From: the human T2T-CHM13v2.0 reference genome, Homo sapiens
DNA length: 64,000 bases
Assembly (NCBI RefSeq): GCF_009914755.1
Contig: NC_060930.1
Reading direction: 5' to 3' (one strand)
This document shows, one piece after another, positions 39,501 through 53,464 of the stretch (position 1 is the first letter of the stretch; every line of letters begins with the position of its first letter). Both the position numbers and the translations under genes were made by a program. The notes below the pieces were generated by a model. That model saw nothing but the letters and a program-made list of their open reading frames with translations, was not told the origin of the DNA and ran no database searches.

Positions 39501-40380
39501 TTCATCTTAGGACGTCCCTTTTTGCTGTGTCTCAGAGAGAATTTCTTTCCAGGAATATGTTAGACTGCTACTTATTTTTGACTTTTATTAGCTTGGTTGG
39601 TTGTTGCAGAAGAGGAAAGAGCACATTCTCTATTACTGTTATTAAGCTTCATTCTTAGGCAGCCATTCTTTCCCTGGGTCTTGAGAGTGCGGCCTTTCGC
39701 TGTCCCTGCTTCTCTTGCAGCTGTAGTTCTGGGTCTGGCATTCATTCCTGCTCTGCTCCCAGAGATAGGGATTTGTTTCTATTTCCTTCAACCTGCATAA
39801 CAGTAAAATTGTTTGTTGTTATTCCCTTCCAATTTAAGACTTTCATTCTCTATTAGAGATAAGAGACAAGAAACAGCAATGTTTGATGCTTTCCTGCAGC
39901 AGCTACTGTCACTCTTTCTCTAGCTTTTGCTATAAGAAATGCTTTCTCAAGTTTCTCATCATTATTTTTAGTGAGATTTTCCAGTAAAGTCCAAAGGGAA
40001 GACCCTGCAAGTGGGCACATTTGCATCCTTAATGGATTTTATATTCTTGGAGTCTACATTTGGCCTTTACCAATTTTTAACAATTTTTATTTCCATAACA
40101 GCTCTCATGAGTGTTTGGCTGCATGTGTCCAGATAATCATGTAAACATGACCATTTTCTCCTTATAGGTTTGCATTGATTTCACAGATTTCAGATATCAT
40201 AGATTTCAATTTGCAATGATTTCAAATTGGTTTTTGCTCTGCAAACTTAGGTCTGAAATGGGTTCAAAAAATGGTACATTTTGTACTGTCTAGTGATTTG
40301 CTGTTGTCACTATTTCTGTAAGGATGAAAATGCACTTTCTATGTTTCTGTTTATACACCTCAACCAGAAACCAAAGTCCT
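36580..40380 (-). mobile_element. Old L1M (ORF2 part, ORF1, 5' region) interrupted by L1PA
   Basis: Reverse-complement L1M motifs (tggctaagacttctagta; catggcccagaatatgttctatcttg; attcactgagtttaaaattcttggttgac). Confidence 0.7.
38704..39453 (+). mobile_element. 5'-inverted (twin-primed) L1PA3-5-type 3' fragment
   Basis: Antisense L1 at 38704-39036 joined to sense L1 3' end at 39037-39453; TSD taaaagaaggattc (38693-38706) / taaaaggaggattc (39454-39467). Confidence 0.95.
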
Positions 40381-40389
40381 TCGACTTTG

Positions 40390-42470
40390 CTTTTAAAAGA
40401 TATTTGTATTAAATATAGAGTCCTACATTCAGAGTTATTCTTGTTGTTTTTACAGTATTTTTGGATGACATTGTCTTTTGGTTTACAGAGATCCTGACAA
40501 AATGTCTACGATAATACTTATATTTGTTTCTCCGGCTAGTAAACCTCTTGTTTTCCTTTTGTTGCTTTTCTTTTTAGCAGCTGCTGTAAATAATTCAATT
40601 AAGAAGCATCTTGGTATTTCCTTAGTTTAGTCTACTTGTATACTGAGGTTCTTGAATCTGTGGATTTACAATATTCATCAAATTTTTAAAAAATAGCCAT
40701 TATATTTTTAAGGATTGTTTGTGTCTGCTCCATAATTCTGGAACTCTGATTACATGTGTGAGTCTCCGATTGGATGTATGTTTGATGCATTGCACACAAT
40801 AGATGTATTGCAATTTTTTTCAGTTTTATTTTTCTAGATGTCCTTAATTTTTCCATTTGTTTCTGTTGCCATATTTTTGAGTATGCTGATCATTTGTTCT
40901 GCAGTACCTCATCTTCTATTAATCCAATCAAGAGGAATTTGCATTTCAAATATTGTGTTTCTTATTTCTTGACATTTGATTTGTGATATTTTAAATCTTT
41001 CATTCCTATCCTTATTATGCTCATGCTTTCCTGTATATCTCTTTACATATTGAATATTTTTGTAACAGTAGAGTTAATATTCTTGCCTGCTAATTCTATT
41101 AAAACCATCATGTTTCAGTTTGTTTCTATCAGTTCCATTTCCTATTTATAAATTAAATGTTCCTGCTTCCTTGCATATATAGCAGTATTTTATTGGATTC
41201 TAGGCTTATAAATTTTACACTGTTGAATGCTGGATTTTGTTTTACTCTATTAAACAGTTTTAAACTTTGCTTTGTCCGGCAATCAAGTTATTTAAAGATC
41301 AGTTTACTCATTCTGAAGTTTTTTGTTAAGTTTTAATAGTGCACATCTAGAGCAGGCTTTAATCTACTTGAATAAAAACAAATCGAATTTGAGTTTATTA
41401 TCATTACAATACTGCTAATTCTGTTGCTGCTGTTATCACTGCTGGTACTATTAATAGAGAAATGTTCATATTTCTCTCTCAAATGTGTAACCAGTAAAAT
41501 CTTTAAATTAAATACTTGTTTTTCTCAATACATTCTTTATTTTTACCTCAAATGTACAATTATTTTTTTCTTTTAAACTTGATCCCGACACTTCCTTTAA
41601 TCTAGAATTAATTTAGCTCCACTCCTAAGCTGTGGTAATTCTGCTACATTCAGCAAGATGTTCAACATGAATTTAACAAGGTGTCTCTGGTTTAGGATAA
41701 TTGACATGGCTCCCATTTTCATGTGATTTCTGATAAGTGATTTTAATTCTATAAATTTGCAAATTGGGTTTCTTTCTTTCTTTTCTGTTTGTTTGTTTGT
41801 TTGTTTGTTTGTTTTGAGACGGAGTGTTGCTCTTGTTGCCCAGGCTGGATTGCAATGGTGGATCTAGGCTCACTGCAACCTCCGCCTCCAGGTTCAAGCC
41901 ATTCTCCTCCCTCAGCCTGAGATTACAGGCACACCCCGCCACGCCGGGCTAATTTTTGTATTTTTAGTAGAGACTTGGTTTAACCACGTTGGCCAGGCTG
42001 GTCTCAAACTCCTGACCTCAGGTGATCCGCCCACCTCAGCCTCCCAAAGTGCTGAGACCGCCCCGCGCCTGGTCTGCAGACGGACTTTGTCTAAAGATGC
42101 AATAGGCTCTATCTGCAGCTTTGTGGACATCTTTCTCTTTATTTATGTGTCCTGTGGTATTCTGCCTATAAATAGGTAGCTAGCTTGTTTAATTCAAACA
42201 GTTTCTACCTTTTTGATTGAATGATTCCATTGGGCTCTGTTTGGATTCTTCCTCTCTTTCTCGCAGTCCAGAAAATGAGTCTAAGCAGAAAGCCTCGTTA
42301 ATTTTAGGGCTTACTTCATTTGTTTCCCTGCTCTCCATGATTACGACCAATGTTCTCTATTTTTCACCGCCTAAAAATTGTTGTTTAATATATTTTTCCA
42401 GTTTCCTGGTTGTTTCCTCCTTGCACAAAGCAGACAATTTTTTTTTTCAGTCACAAAACCTGTCATTAAA
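40390..42470 (-). mobile_element. L1ME-type ORF1 / 5' region, interrupted at 41367-41594 and by an Alu
   Basis: ttcttgaatctgtggatttacaat, tcttgcctgctaattcta and ttagggcttacttcatttgtttccct motifs typical of L1M 5' ends. Confidence 0.65.
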
Positions 42471-42880
42471 CTAATCCAAGCCAATATCTTTTGGCATCAT
42501 AGTGGGACACCAATCCCAAATTAAAGAGTTTTCAAGTACGGCAAATTTAAAAATCACAGACATCTACTACATTAAATCTATATCAATTTACTTGTACCAG
42601 GTAATGTAGGCACTGATTTTATACTTTTAGTATTTCCAGGTGTTTATATTTAACTAGGGGTGAAAGTGATTTGATTTTATTATCGTTACATTACTGCTAA
42701 TTCTGTCACTGCTGCTGCCACTGCTGTTGCTGTTAATACAGAAATGCTCAGGTTTCTCTCTCAAATGTGTAAGCAGTAAAATCTTTACAATTCCTGTTTG
42801 TTTCCCAATAAAATATTATTTATCTTTTTACCTCAAATGTACAATATTTCTTCTGTTAAACTTGATCCAGATACTTCCCA
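41385..42880 (+). repeat. Dispersed ~210-bp direct repeat (41385-41594 and 42670-42880)
   Basis: tttattatc..tactgctaattctgt...tttctctctcaaatgtgtaa.cagtaaaatcttta...ttacctcaaatgtacaat...taaacttgatcc present twice. Confidence 0.92.
41772..42074 (-). mobile_element. Alu (Sq/Sx-like) with two short internal deletions
   Basis: Reverse-complement dimer with (TTTG)n tail; lacks cccgagtagct and ggattacaggcgt segments. Confidence 0.93.
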
Positions 42881-43554
42881 TAACTGTGTTTCTTTACTCA
42901 ATAATGGAGAAGCCACTCTTTGTAGGCATAAAGCAGTCTTTAATATTTTAAAAGTATGGAATCTAGATATTCCCCTCACAAGTGTAAGAAAACTAGTTGT
43001 GAAAAATCAGCTTATATTGCATAGGTTCATGACATTTTAAATGTTTAAGAAAAAATATGGATTATAATCTTTTTCTTATTGAATTTGGCAGCCCCCCAAA
43101 AAATCATTTTTATTGTCAGCTAGAATCTACCTGATTTAATAAGTTCAAGTGAATCTAATTTTGTGTAATTAATAATTTTTTATTTTAAATATTTTAAAAT
43201 CTATAATCCATGCTGTTATAGAAAGCAAGTCAGTCAGAAACTGGAAAGCAGTTATGACGTCATGAGTATTCACAGTGGTTATGGAACCTTTAATATTATA
43301 AACCTAATAATATTTTAGGCTTGAAAAATGAAGATCAAGTTATATAAGCTCAAAGAATATAAACATTGAAGTGGGTCTAAAGAAAGTTTGCTCTGTTGTC
43401 CCTTTTTACTTTGCTTTCCTATACATTTTTGTCATTTCCTATGTATTCAATACCAAATTTAAAAAAAAAAATAGCAGAAGACTAACAGGTGAAATATATC
43501 AAAAATATATAATTGGCCTCATAAAATAAGAGCGGAAATCTCTCTAATACGTGT

Positions 43555-43697
43555 GTTTCCTGATTAGATGTAGGCTTCATGAGGACAGAAATCTGTTTCT
43601 TTTTATTATTGATATAACTAGTTAGAGAAACTCTTTGTTCTTAACGGGTGCTTGAAAATATTTATTGAGTACTATTTATTGAATGAATTAATGAATA
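43555..43697 (+). mobile_element. L2 3' end
   Basis: tagatgtaggcttcatgaggacaga...tatttattgaatgaattaatgaat. Confidence 0.65.
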
Positions 43698-43994
43698 TAC
43701 TTTACTGAACATGAGTTTTCATTCTAAAAGCATTCACAAAACCATTGATCTTCCCTTTTCCATACCACACCAATTTTTATTGTTACCAAGCCCAAACCAT
43801 GTTTCAATGGGGTGTTAATCTGCCTGATGTCATTAAAGGAGAATAGAAGTCTTTTACTTAACATTCTAAGATATTTTTATTATAAATAACTGTATATAAC
43901 ATAGCAGTATTGTAGTTTGGATAAAACATTATCTGAAAACATATTCCTTGTATATTTTCCAAAGAACTAGAAACATATGTTTATAATATATTCT

Positions 43995-46467
43995 TAAAAT
44001 AATATTCTTTGGAAAAAATGAGATAAAATATGTTTTATATAGATACATAGACACATGTAAATCTATACTTCTTTGTATTTGTACCTATTCAGCTACAGCT
44101 ACCCAATTTCACATATATTATTTCTTCATTCACATCTAATTTTCAGAGTGGGTATAACAGTTAATCTATTCCCACATCTTTGTTTTTCAATAATTGCGTC
44201 ATTGGGGTGATGGTTGCTTTGTTTTGCTTTTGTGGTTTGCATTTATTCTATTCCAAATTATTTTGTTTCATAATGTGCAGAAGAGATCACATATTATAAC
44301 TTTTACTTGTTTCATAATTGAAAAATGTAGGTAAGGTTTGGGGCAAATATAGAACGGTTGTCATTTCTACAAGCACCTTTTCATTCTTTGTGATACAGAC
44401 ATTGGCTAGAAGAAAACATTTAGAAATGAGAGTAATAAAATATGGTGAATTAGGCAACCACATGTATGGTTCTAGTACTGGATTTCCATCGACATGGGCA
44501 GGTTAATGAGTGGCAGATCCCTTCTCTTGCATAACCTGGTCTCTTCATTTGTACAATCAAGATGACAGTTAAATCCCAGGTGATGTATCTGAGGGGCTTT
44601 GCTTTATAATTGTGAGTGCCGATTTTACAATAAGGTGTATTCATGTTTTAAAATTTTAGATTGTAGTGACAGTCACAGGCCTCTTTGCTTTTTGCCAACT
44701 ACAGAAGTCTGTGTATGTCAAGAAGCACATTAGAAAAATATTATACTGAATTGAATGGTGGAGAATTATAATTCAGTGAAGCAGACTTTTGGTGTACAGA
44801 AATATAAACTGTTGGATTTCTCTCCTGTCTCAGGACAGCTAATGGCATGCAATCCAGCCCACTTTTCCCAAGCCATCAAACTATGAGTTTTGGATAAAAA
44901 TTTCTGTGTGATTCCCCACTGCTTAAAACCCTGCGTGTACATATTGTCACCTGGTTATTGTGATTGGAAGCACAATTTTTCCAACATTACCATTTTTCTT
45001 GGCCATAACTGTCTAAGAAAAATGCCAGAGATCTTGCTGCACTAGACTGTGAATGATATCTTGTACTGCATGAAACCACACACTAAGAATTTCTGACTTA
45101 GCAATGTAAAATTAGTTTTTTATTCCCAGAAGGGAGTAATGATTACTTCTATAGTCCTGGAAACACCTAATTTTTTCACAATAGTATTTTTCTAACAATG
45201 TTAATATATTTCTCAATTTTATGTGCTTTAGAAATACATTTTCCAAAGGGTGAATGAGGAAGTAGTATTGGTCAAGTAAAGCAAAATATATATAATTTTA
45301 AATACTTTCATTTAGAAACTCCAATGATTTACAAATTTTGATGGGGTATCTGAAAGTATATTTTAATATTAAAAAAAAAGTGATCAGTCAGCCATAAGAT
45401 AATGCTATGAGCATCAGAACCTGGTCCTAGACAAGTGAAGATGGTTTCTTCTGTGCATGGACACTGTGAATTCCCTAGGCTATTTATCAACAGAGCCTAA
45501 CTAGGATGAAGCCCTCCAGCCACCATATGCTCCAATATGTTGATCACAGAGGTTGTGCTAATAATTACCTTCCAGAAAAGAAAAAGGTGACTGTTGTTCT
45601 GACCATTTACTTAAGTGCCCTAAGCTATAAGTGAGGTCCTAATAACAGTACTAACCACCAGTGCTATACTCTGAGGGGAAAAAGCCACATTGACATCATC
45701 TCTCAATTTTTTAACATTTAGATTATATCTATGTTCCTAAATACCTTCCCAGCCCCCAAATGTATCTCTCTCTCTCATGCACTGATGATTTGTATTGTTA
45801 GTTTGGAAATTAATAATGACATTATATTTTATTTTTGAAGTCTTATTTTTTTGCTATGTATAATGTAACTACATCTAGCTAGATTAAAAACCATTTCATT
45901 TATTAATTAATGGATTAATATCCATGGGGTTCCAACTGAGGATTGAAAACTTTATCAAAGAGGTTGCAGTATTACATCAGTCAGCCACATAATTGAATTA
46001 CTATAATATAATATGTAATATAAGGAATACTAATGCTAATATGGAAAACAAGAAAAATTTCAACTCAGGTATATTTTCTTACATATCTTAGTATCTTTAA
46101 TATAGGGAGTTTCTTAAGTTTGAAATGTCAGCATTTCCTCTGCATTCTTTACCCTAGAAATTGTATCCACTGCTGCTTTCTAACGATCACCTCAAAAACA
46201 AACAAAAAACAATCAAACAAAAAAACAAAATCTGTTGTTGTGAGAATTATTAGCCCCAATCTTGCTATAGAGAGAACATTTTTGGGTGTTTCATAGTTAC
46301 ATTGAAATACTCACTGTGAAAATTAAATATAGAGGAAGAAGAAATAGGAAATTACGTAGCTGTAGCTGTAGCTGAGTAGGTAGAGATATAGAGAGGTATA
46401 GGTTTCTGTGTCTATCTAGCTACATAAAACATATTTTATCTAATTTTTCCCAAAGAATTTTATTTTA
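43995..46467. repeat. Dispersed ~175-bp inverted repeat (43995-44169 and 46293-46467)
   Basis: taaaataatattctttggaaaaaatgagataaaatatgttttat...cagctacagcta...aattttcagagtgggtat aligns to the reverse complement of the second arm. Confidence 0.9.
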
Positions 46468-46499
46468 GTAGCTGTAAGAGATATTTGCTTTGTATGTAA

Positions 46500-47335
46500 C
46501 CGATTGCTATCCAGAACTATGTAAAGAAAAACAGGCAAAAACCTTCAACAAGTACTTTTTAAGTTTACTCAAATGGCTGATAAACATATTAAATTTGTTC
46601 AACATTGGGGAAAGCATCATGGGAATGCAAAATAAAACTGTACTATTGTATTATTTTAGAGTTCAAGTGGCTAAAATTAAAAAGAATGACAATTCTCAGA
46701 GTTGACTAGGATATGGCCAACTTGAACTCTCATATACTGCTGGTAAGAGTGTAAATTGGAACCATTCCCCTGGACAATCATTTGGCAGTATGTAACAAAG
46801 TTTATCATTCTACATATAAAAAAGAAAACATATACATATGTGCACCACAAATGTACAAGAACAATCATGTCAGCATAATTCACAATAAGTCAACTTTGGG
46901 AAAAACAACACTAATCTCAAACAACATGGAATGGATAATACTGTTATGATCATACAATAAAATAGTGATATTTTTCAATGAAAATGCATGAGTTCCTGCT
47001 CTATATAACAAAATGATGAATCTTCCAAAGAAAATGTTGAGAGAAAGAGGTTAAAGCAGACTAATATAATCTTTACGTTTCTATTAATTTAAATTCTGAA
47101 ACAGGCAATAAGAATCTATAGTATTCAAAGCCAGAAGATAGTTACTCTTGCATGGGAGAGAAAGGATAGTAAATGGCACTTGCACAAGGGTCTTCTATGA
47201 TGTTGGTAATGTTTATTATTAACCTAAATGGAGGTTGTTTAGGTGTGGTTAGTTTATGACAGTTCATCAAGCTCTACACTATAATTTCTATATATTTTTT
47301 CTGCATTATTTGTCAATAAAAAGTTAATTTAAAAT
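46500..47335 (+). mobile_element. L1ME-type 3' end
   Basis: tgctggtaagagtgtaaattgg...ggcagta; terminal tcaataaaaagtt. Confidence 0.7.
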
Positions 47336-49155
47336 TGAAGTTAATTTAATACACGTGGATTGTAGCTGCTTAAATGCTTAGGATATAGTTAGTCTTCGTT
47401 ATTAAACCAAATGTGTTAAAAAAATTTACGTAATTGCTGGTACTCATATGTCCTTTTATGTGGATGATATCTTTCCTACTTTCTATCCTTCTTTCACTCA
47501 CAGTATGCATTGGAATTATTCCAATGGAAAAGAGTAGTTATCTCATTTTACATTGTTTAAATGTTTGACTCTTCATGTTTTCAAAAACAGGGCAGAATTT
47601 TCACATTGTCAAGCTCTGAGAGCACTTAATGCCTATATACTCTCAAGGAAGAAATCGTTTGTTCGTGTATGTCCAAAAGCATATATTTATGAAATAAATT
47701 GAAAACTAAAAGCCTTTGCCCCATTATTTGATAAAATCTACCTCTGACATTCCAGAAATATTTCAGTAATCATGATTATTTGTCCGAAATGTTTATGATT
47801 ATAAAATATACATTTCATCTTTTTAATGGTAAGTATAAAGAATATGTTAACTATATAAACAGTATCTCATTATATAACACAGTATATATAAATCATAAAA
47901 ATGTTTTAAAATAATGCAATATTACTCTACAGCCAATAGGTATAATTTAAAGCCAATATAAATATGAGTGTGTTAAAATAATTTCACTAAGTGCATCTTC
48001 ATTTGCTTATGAATTTGATAAAACACAACTGCATTTTAAAAACATATCACAAATAAGAACTATAGAAGTATTTAAAACAGTAAATGAATGTATATAATTA
48101 ATTTCCTAAGCAATAGCTTTAAAATCCTATGACTAAAATATTCCAATATAGGCAGCATAGCTCTTTATTAATGGATTTATTTAATATTTTTTTCAATTTG
48201 ACCTATTATTTGAAGGGCTTAGAATGATCAGTATCAGACATTGGCCTATCAGAAACAACCTTAGATCATAAAAATTCTATCTGCTTCACAGAGAGTGCTT
48301 TGTTAATCTAAATGTCAAATACAAAATTATGACAATCTGTGCCATTGTACTGGCACATGTTTTTCTTTTATTATTCTGACTTTTAATTATGAATGAAATA
48401 TTTTTCCACTGGTATGTGAATCATTTTTGAACCAACTGAGTACTGGTATTCATAAAAAGTTGGATGTTTATTTTTCCCTCATGTATATGTATTGTTACAT
48501 ACAAAAATAAGAAAAATACCATCTTTTATCCCTTAGATTTTATGCTCTATTTTTGAAAGTTAACAGAGCTTAACACTTAGATTTTCCTATGTAATCATGT
48601 AGAAAAATTACAGTTCTTTCACTTTTACTTTATTTCCCTGGATTCTACCATTCTTTTTAACAATTCAATACCTATTTCAAAAAATTGGACCATTTTTCAC
48701 TCTCACTGGAGGAGCAATATCTTTGTTCTCTTTCAAGATCCATTTCTTTAAGAAGCACATTCCAGCAACTATTTCCAAGACATAAACATTAATATTACAG
48801 TACACTATTTGTTCATAGCCTGTGGGGAGGATTTCCATTCTTCAACACAGTATAATATTCAAATTAGAAATAAAAATTTTAAAGCTTACAGGGAATAAAG
48901 CAACTTGGTTGGGTTGTGACCACCATCTTGAATTACACATTTTCTGACAGAGTGCTCATTTCTTTTCAAGCTTCATTTTCTTTGAAATATAATCTGAATA
49001 TTTCAAATGTAGATTGAAGCTTATACTTCTCAGAAATCTAATTTATCTGTTCCAAGCTCATAGTTTCTATTTACTTCAAATACCAAAATACACAAAAAAC
49101 CTTCTCTGTTTGGTTAGTATAGTGAGGACTTTAAAACAAGATGCTATATGAAATA

Positions 49156-50006
49156 CAATCATGCATTGCTTACCAATTGGAATAAGTTCTGAGAAATATG
49201 CCATTATGCAATTTTGTCATTGTGCAAACATCATAGGGTCTATGTACACAAACCTAGATAGTATAGCCTAGTACACATCTAAGGTATATCGTTTAGCATG
49301 TTGCTTCTAGGCTACAATCCTGTACAATATGTCACTGCATTGAATACTGTAGGCAACTGTACACAATGATAAATATTGCTGTATCTAAACATATCTAAAC
49401 CTAAAAAAGTTATAGTACAGTATAAATGATAAAAAATGCTATACCCATGTAGAGTACTTACCATGAACAAAATTTGCAGGACTGGAAATTGCTCTGGTTG
49501 AGTCAGGGAGTGAGTGGTGAATGAAACTGAAGTCCTAGAACATTACCATATGTTGCTGAAGACTACACTGTACATTTAGGCTACACTAAATGTAAAAAAA
49601 ATGTTTTCTTCAATAATAAATCAACTCTTCAGTAATAAATTAAATTTAGCTTATAGTAACATTTTTCCTTTATAAACTTTGCAATTTTTTAAATTTTTGA
49701 TTCTTTTGTAATAACAAATTAAAACTCAAACACATGGTACAGCATTATAAAAATTTTATTTTCTTTATATCCTTATTCTATAACCGTTTTTCTATGTTCA
49801 AAAATTTTATTTTATTTTTTACTTTTAAAAAAAATTGGCAGTGCAGTAGGTTTGTCTAAACAAGCATTACCACAAATGTGTGAGGAATATATTATGTCTT
49901 GACAATGGCTTCAATTACCTCTAGACAATAGGAATTTTTCAGCTCCATTTTAATCTTATGGGACCACCACTGTATTTATGGTCTGTTGTGAACTAAAACA
50001 TAACTG
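49156..50006 (+). mobile_element. Tigger3 (GOLEM, Tigger3b-like) deletion derivative
   Basis: gttctgagaaat...cacaaacctagatagtatagcct...ggaatttttcagctccattttaatcttatgggaccacc; TA on both flanks. Confidence 0.85.
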
Positions 50007-50269
50007 TAGATGACTGAAGTAAAGTATCAATATACTTCTACAGATATGTATACTAAGCCAATATAGAACCATAATTGACAAGTGCTCTATTGAAATTAGT
50101 TATTTTTATATCTTGATGAAGCAAATAATAATAATGTTATTAAAGTGAGAACTTGGAGATGCAAAAAAGGTTTTGCATCATCTAACAGGACAGTTGCACC
50201 ATTGCTAGGGTTTCTATTTCTTAATTTTATATTGTGAAAGATGATCTCTGAGTTTGCAAATTACAGGAT

Positions 50270-50715
50270 GATGTCACTTTTGTCAGGCCCAGACAAAATA
50301 GGGCTTACATGTCTGAGACATGTTTACATGTCTGAGATAAGAACTGTTTTCAAGGACTTTCAAAAAACACCACAGGAAACTCGTTCCTGCCCTTCGCACA
50401 TCTCTGCTTTTATAAAGTTTATCACTAGACATTCTTTAAAACTGGAGTAATTCAGATAAGATGTTCTCAAAAGAACACTTGCTTAGTAATGGCATCTCCA
50501 CCAACTAACTGACAACTCAGACTCTGAACCTCCGGAACTAATGAACTCTGTTTCTGAGCTGCTTATGTAAATCTCTTTTGGCTAATAAAAGTTCCCCTTA
50601 CACTTCCCAGACCAAATGGGCTGGTGGCCTGCCATTCTATACATTCTGGATTAGAATCCTTATTTTTATTCTTGAATAAATCCATTGTATTTAGAGAAAA
50701 TTTTCTCTACTACCT
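50270..50715 (+). mobile_element. ERV1 (MER4-group-like) solo LTR, family not assigned
   Basis: LTR-like layout: TATA-like taataaaag, AATAAA near 50674, composition distinct from the flanks. Confidence 0.55.
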
Positions 50716-52104
50716 GATGATATGAAATCCAATCATATATTAACAAAGACTGCTATTAGAAAACTTTTCATGAACATTTCACTTAGGAAATCTATTTTGT
50801 TTTCTAAGATACTGAAGATACTGTAATCTTGGCAGGGTATATTTCATAATTATTGGAAATTTTTTTTGTCATCTGTGAAATTGTACCTTAAAGACTATAG
50901 AAAAAGAAAAGTTGTACATTAACTGTAAAGTAAGTGGACTCTACTTATGGATAAAAAAGAACAGCAACATCTGATAACTGTGTGATACAGGTAGAGTGTA
51001 GATAGATCTTTGTGATTAGAAGAGTAGACATTTTTAAAAGATGATCTCTGAGTTTTCAAATTACAATATACTGAAAACAAATTTCAAGAGGCTGTATATG
51101 TGATATTTAAACCATATGTGTGGTACTTTCTAAATGTTTGATTACAAATGTAATTTAGGTAGAATTTAAAAAAACAATTTATTAGCTATAAGGCAATTAT
51201 AAAGCCTATTTAAATGACATATTTTGCATTCTCAAAAAAATTCACAAGTTCTTCTTCGTGCTTATAGTATTGCCTATTTTTTCTTTTTAAAAATTGCTTA
51301 TTTCAACATGATGTTGAATGATAAAGGGTAACTATCAGAAACATCTGACTCTTAGGAAAATTACTTTTATAGTTGGCATGATAAAATCAAATCACGTTTT
51401 ACTAAGACTGAGAAATAAAGTCTTCCTATTTATTATTAAATGGAATGTGTATAGTAAGAAGATTTAATAAAATAAACATTTTAAAGGTGATTTCTTTGTA
51501 TTTGGAACATCATATATTTCGAACATTTAACTTAGACTTAAGGTGTTTTGCAATAAAACTGTTAGAATTTGTGAACCATGCAGTATAGGAACTTTGAAGG
51601 AATATTCTTCCAGTTTGAAGCCAACTTAATATAAATTGATGTTTTATAACCACTAAGTCATGCAACATTTTGCTTTATTGTTTTGTCAAAAAATTATCTC
51701 CAGCCCAATTTACTCAAAGTAGTCATCACTGATGTAAAACTGTAATTGCTACCAATACTTTGATCATTGGTTTAGGTCTGCTAAGTAAGACGTTTCCAGC
51801 ATTATTCAACATCTAAAGTATTTTAATATGTCATGGCACTTGTCATTGTTTCTTCCTCATAACGAATAATCAATAAAAGGTTGTTTTACTGAATATAAAT
51901 AATATCTGTATACACAAAATTGCAGTCTTAGAAATAATCTGGTTCTCTGATTTTATGGAGAGTATATGACTTGCTTAAATTCATACCACCAAAAACTATT
52001 AAAGCCAGAACCAACAGGAATAACTTAATATAGTGACTATTCTACTATACCATATTCTCTCTAATTTATATTGTGATGCATTACATTAGAGTTCTTCTAA
52101 TTTT

Positions 52105-52230
52105 AGGGTAAACACATGTCCCATGTGATTTGAGTAGTCCTTGTTTACACATATTGCCATTGCACAATTAATAGCACCACTTTAACTTTCAAAATTACCA
52201 TATTTGGACAATAAATTATATGATTGTCCT
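52105..52230 (-). mobile_element. MER94 (hAT-Blackjack MITE)
   Basis: agggta...ttaatagcaccactttaactttcaaaa...tttggacaataaattatatgattgtcct matches reverse complement of MER94. Confidence 0.7.
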
Positions 52231-52324
52231 AGTTAATATCATAATATTGAATTTATGCTAATACTTATATATTCAGGTATGCTTTTAGGCTGAAATTGAA
52301 CATAAATATATTAAAATGTTAAAT

Positions 52325-52550
52325 AAGAGGCACATGATATTATAAAAAGAGCATGGACTTTAGAATAACACAGAACTCAGGTCAAATTTTAGCTTGCCAC
52401 ATAGTACCCATCATGCCAGGAGTGTCATGATCTCTGTGGTACTCAGTTTTTGTTTCAGTAGCATGGGGCTTGTAATCCCTGCATTGCTATGTTACTGTGA
52501 AGATTAAATCAGCAACATACCAACTATAGTAGCAAACAATAAATGTCATT
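52325..52550 (+). mobile_element. MIR
   Basis: aagagcatggactttagaat...ctcagtttt...ttactgtgaagattaaat. Confidence 0.55.
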
Positions 52551-53464
52551 TCAATTATTTCAGTAACTTTTTATAAAAAGATAATATTTAGCATAATATT
52601 TTAGACTATTTATAGCACTAAATAACTTTTCAACAGCTTAACTGAAAACAGGACCTACTGCTTTGTTAGAATCCATTTTGAGCTGAAATTAACAATTGCT
52701 CCACTTATCACAGCAAGGAATCCATCTTGCTAAATATAACAAAGGGACATGCTGTATTCCAAAAATGTATATTGGTTTACTTAAAACAAATGAATTTTAA
52801 AAGTCTGCAAAGAAGCAGCTTGAAAATTTTATTTTCCCATTCTCTAATTTCCTCATAGATCATTGTTTTTCCTTATTTTTAACTAAAGCCTTAGAGATTC
52901 TTAGGAATAAGCTGTCATTCTTGATACAACATCCTATTATGTCCCCAACAATTACTTTTCAAAGAAAAGCAAAATAAAGTTTTACACATAAATTTCTTCA
53001 CAGTGTTCTTGAAAGATTGAGGTATTGAATGTTTTTATTTAGAAGATATCATATAAATATATACAATATGTATAGTACATAAAAACAAGAATTAAATTCT
53101 AATATAATTGAAATGAAGGTCTACTCTCAAAATAGTTTTATAACTAACAAATATTTTGAAGTTAATATAAATGAAAATATACATTTAAATATTTAGACAT
53201 AAATTCAGTGCATATCATTTTTATTATTTTGATAAATATTTGTTGAGTTATTTTTAAGGTACTGGCATTTACTGAGGGCATGTCTCCAGGGACAGTGTCT
53301 CTATGGTCGTCCTATATTTGACATACATTTTATTCCTTCATTTTCTTAAACTGTGATTCTATATATTTCACAACCAACCCCACCCTCCCCCCACACAGAT
53401 ATGTGAGAGTGTATAAGGTAGATGGGAGGTTGTTGACTGTATAAGTATAGGCTTCAGTGGAGAT

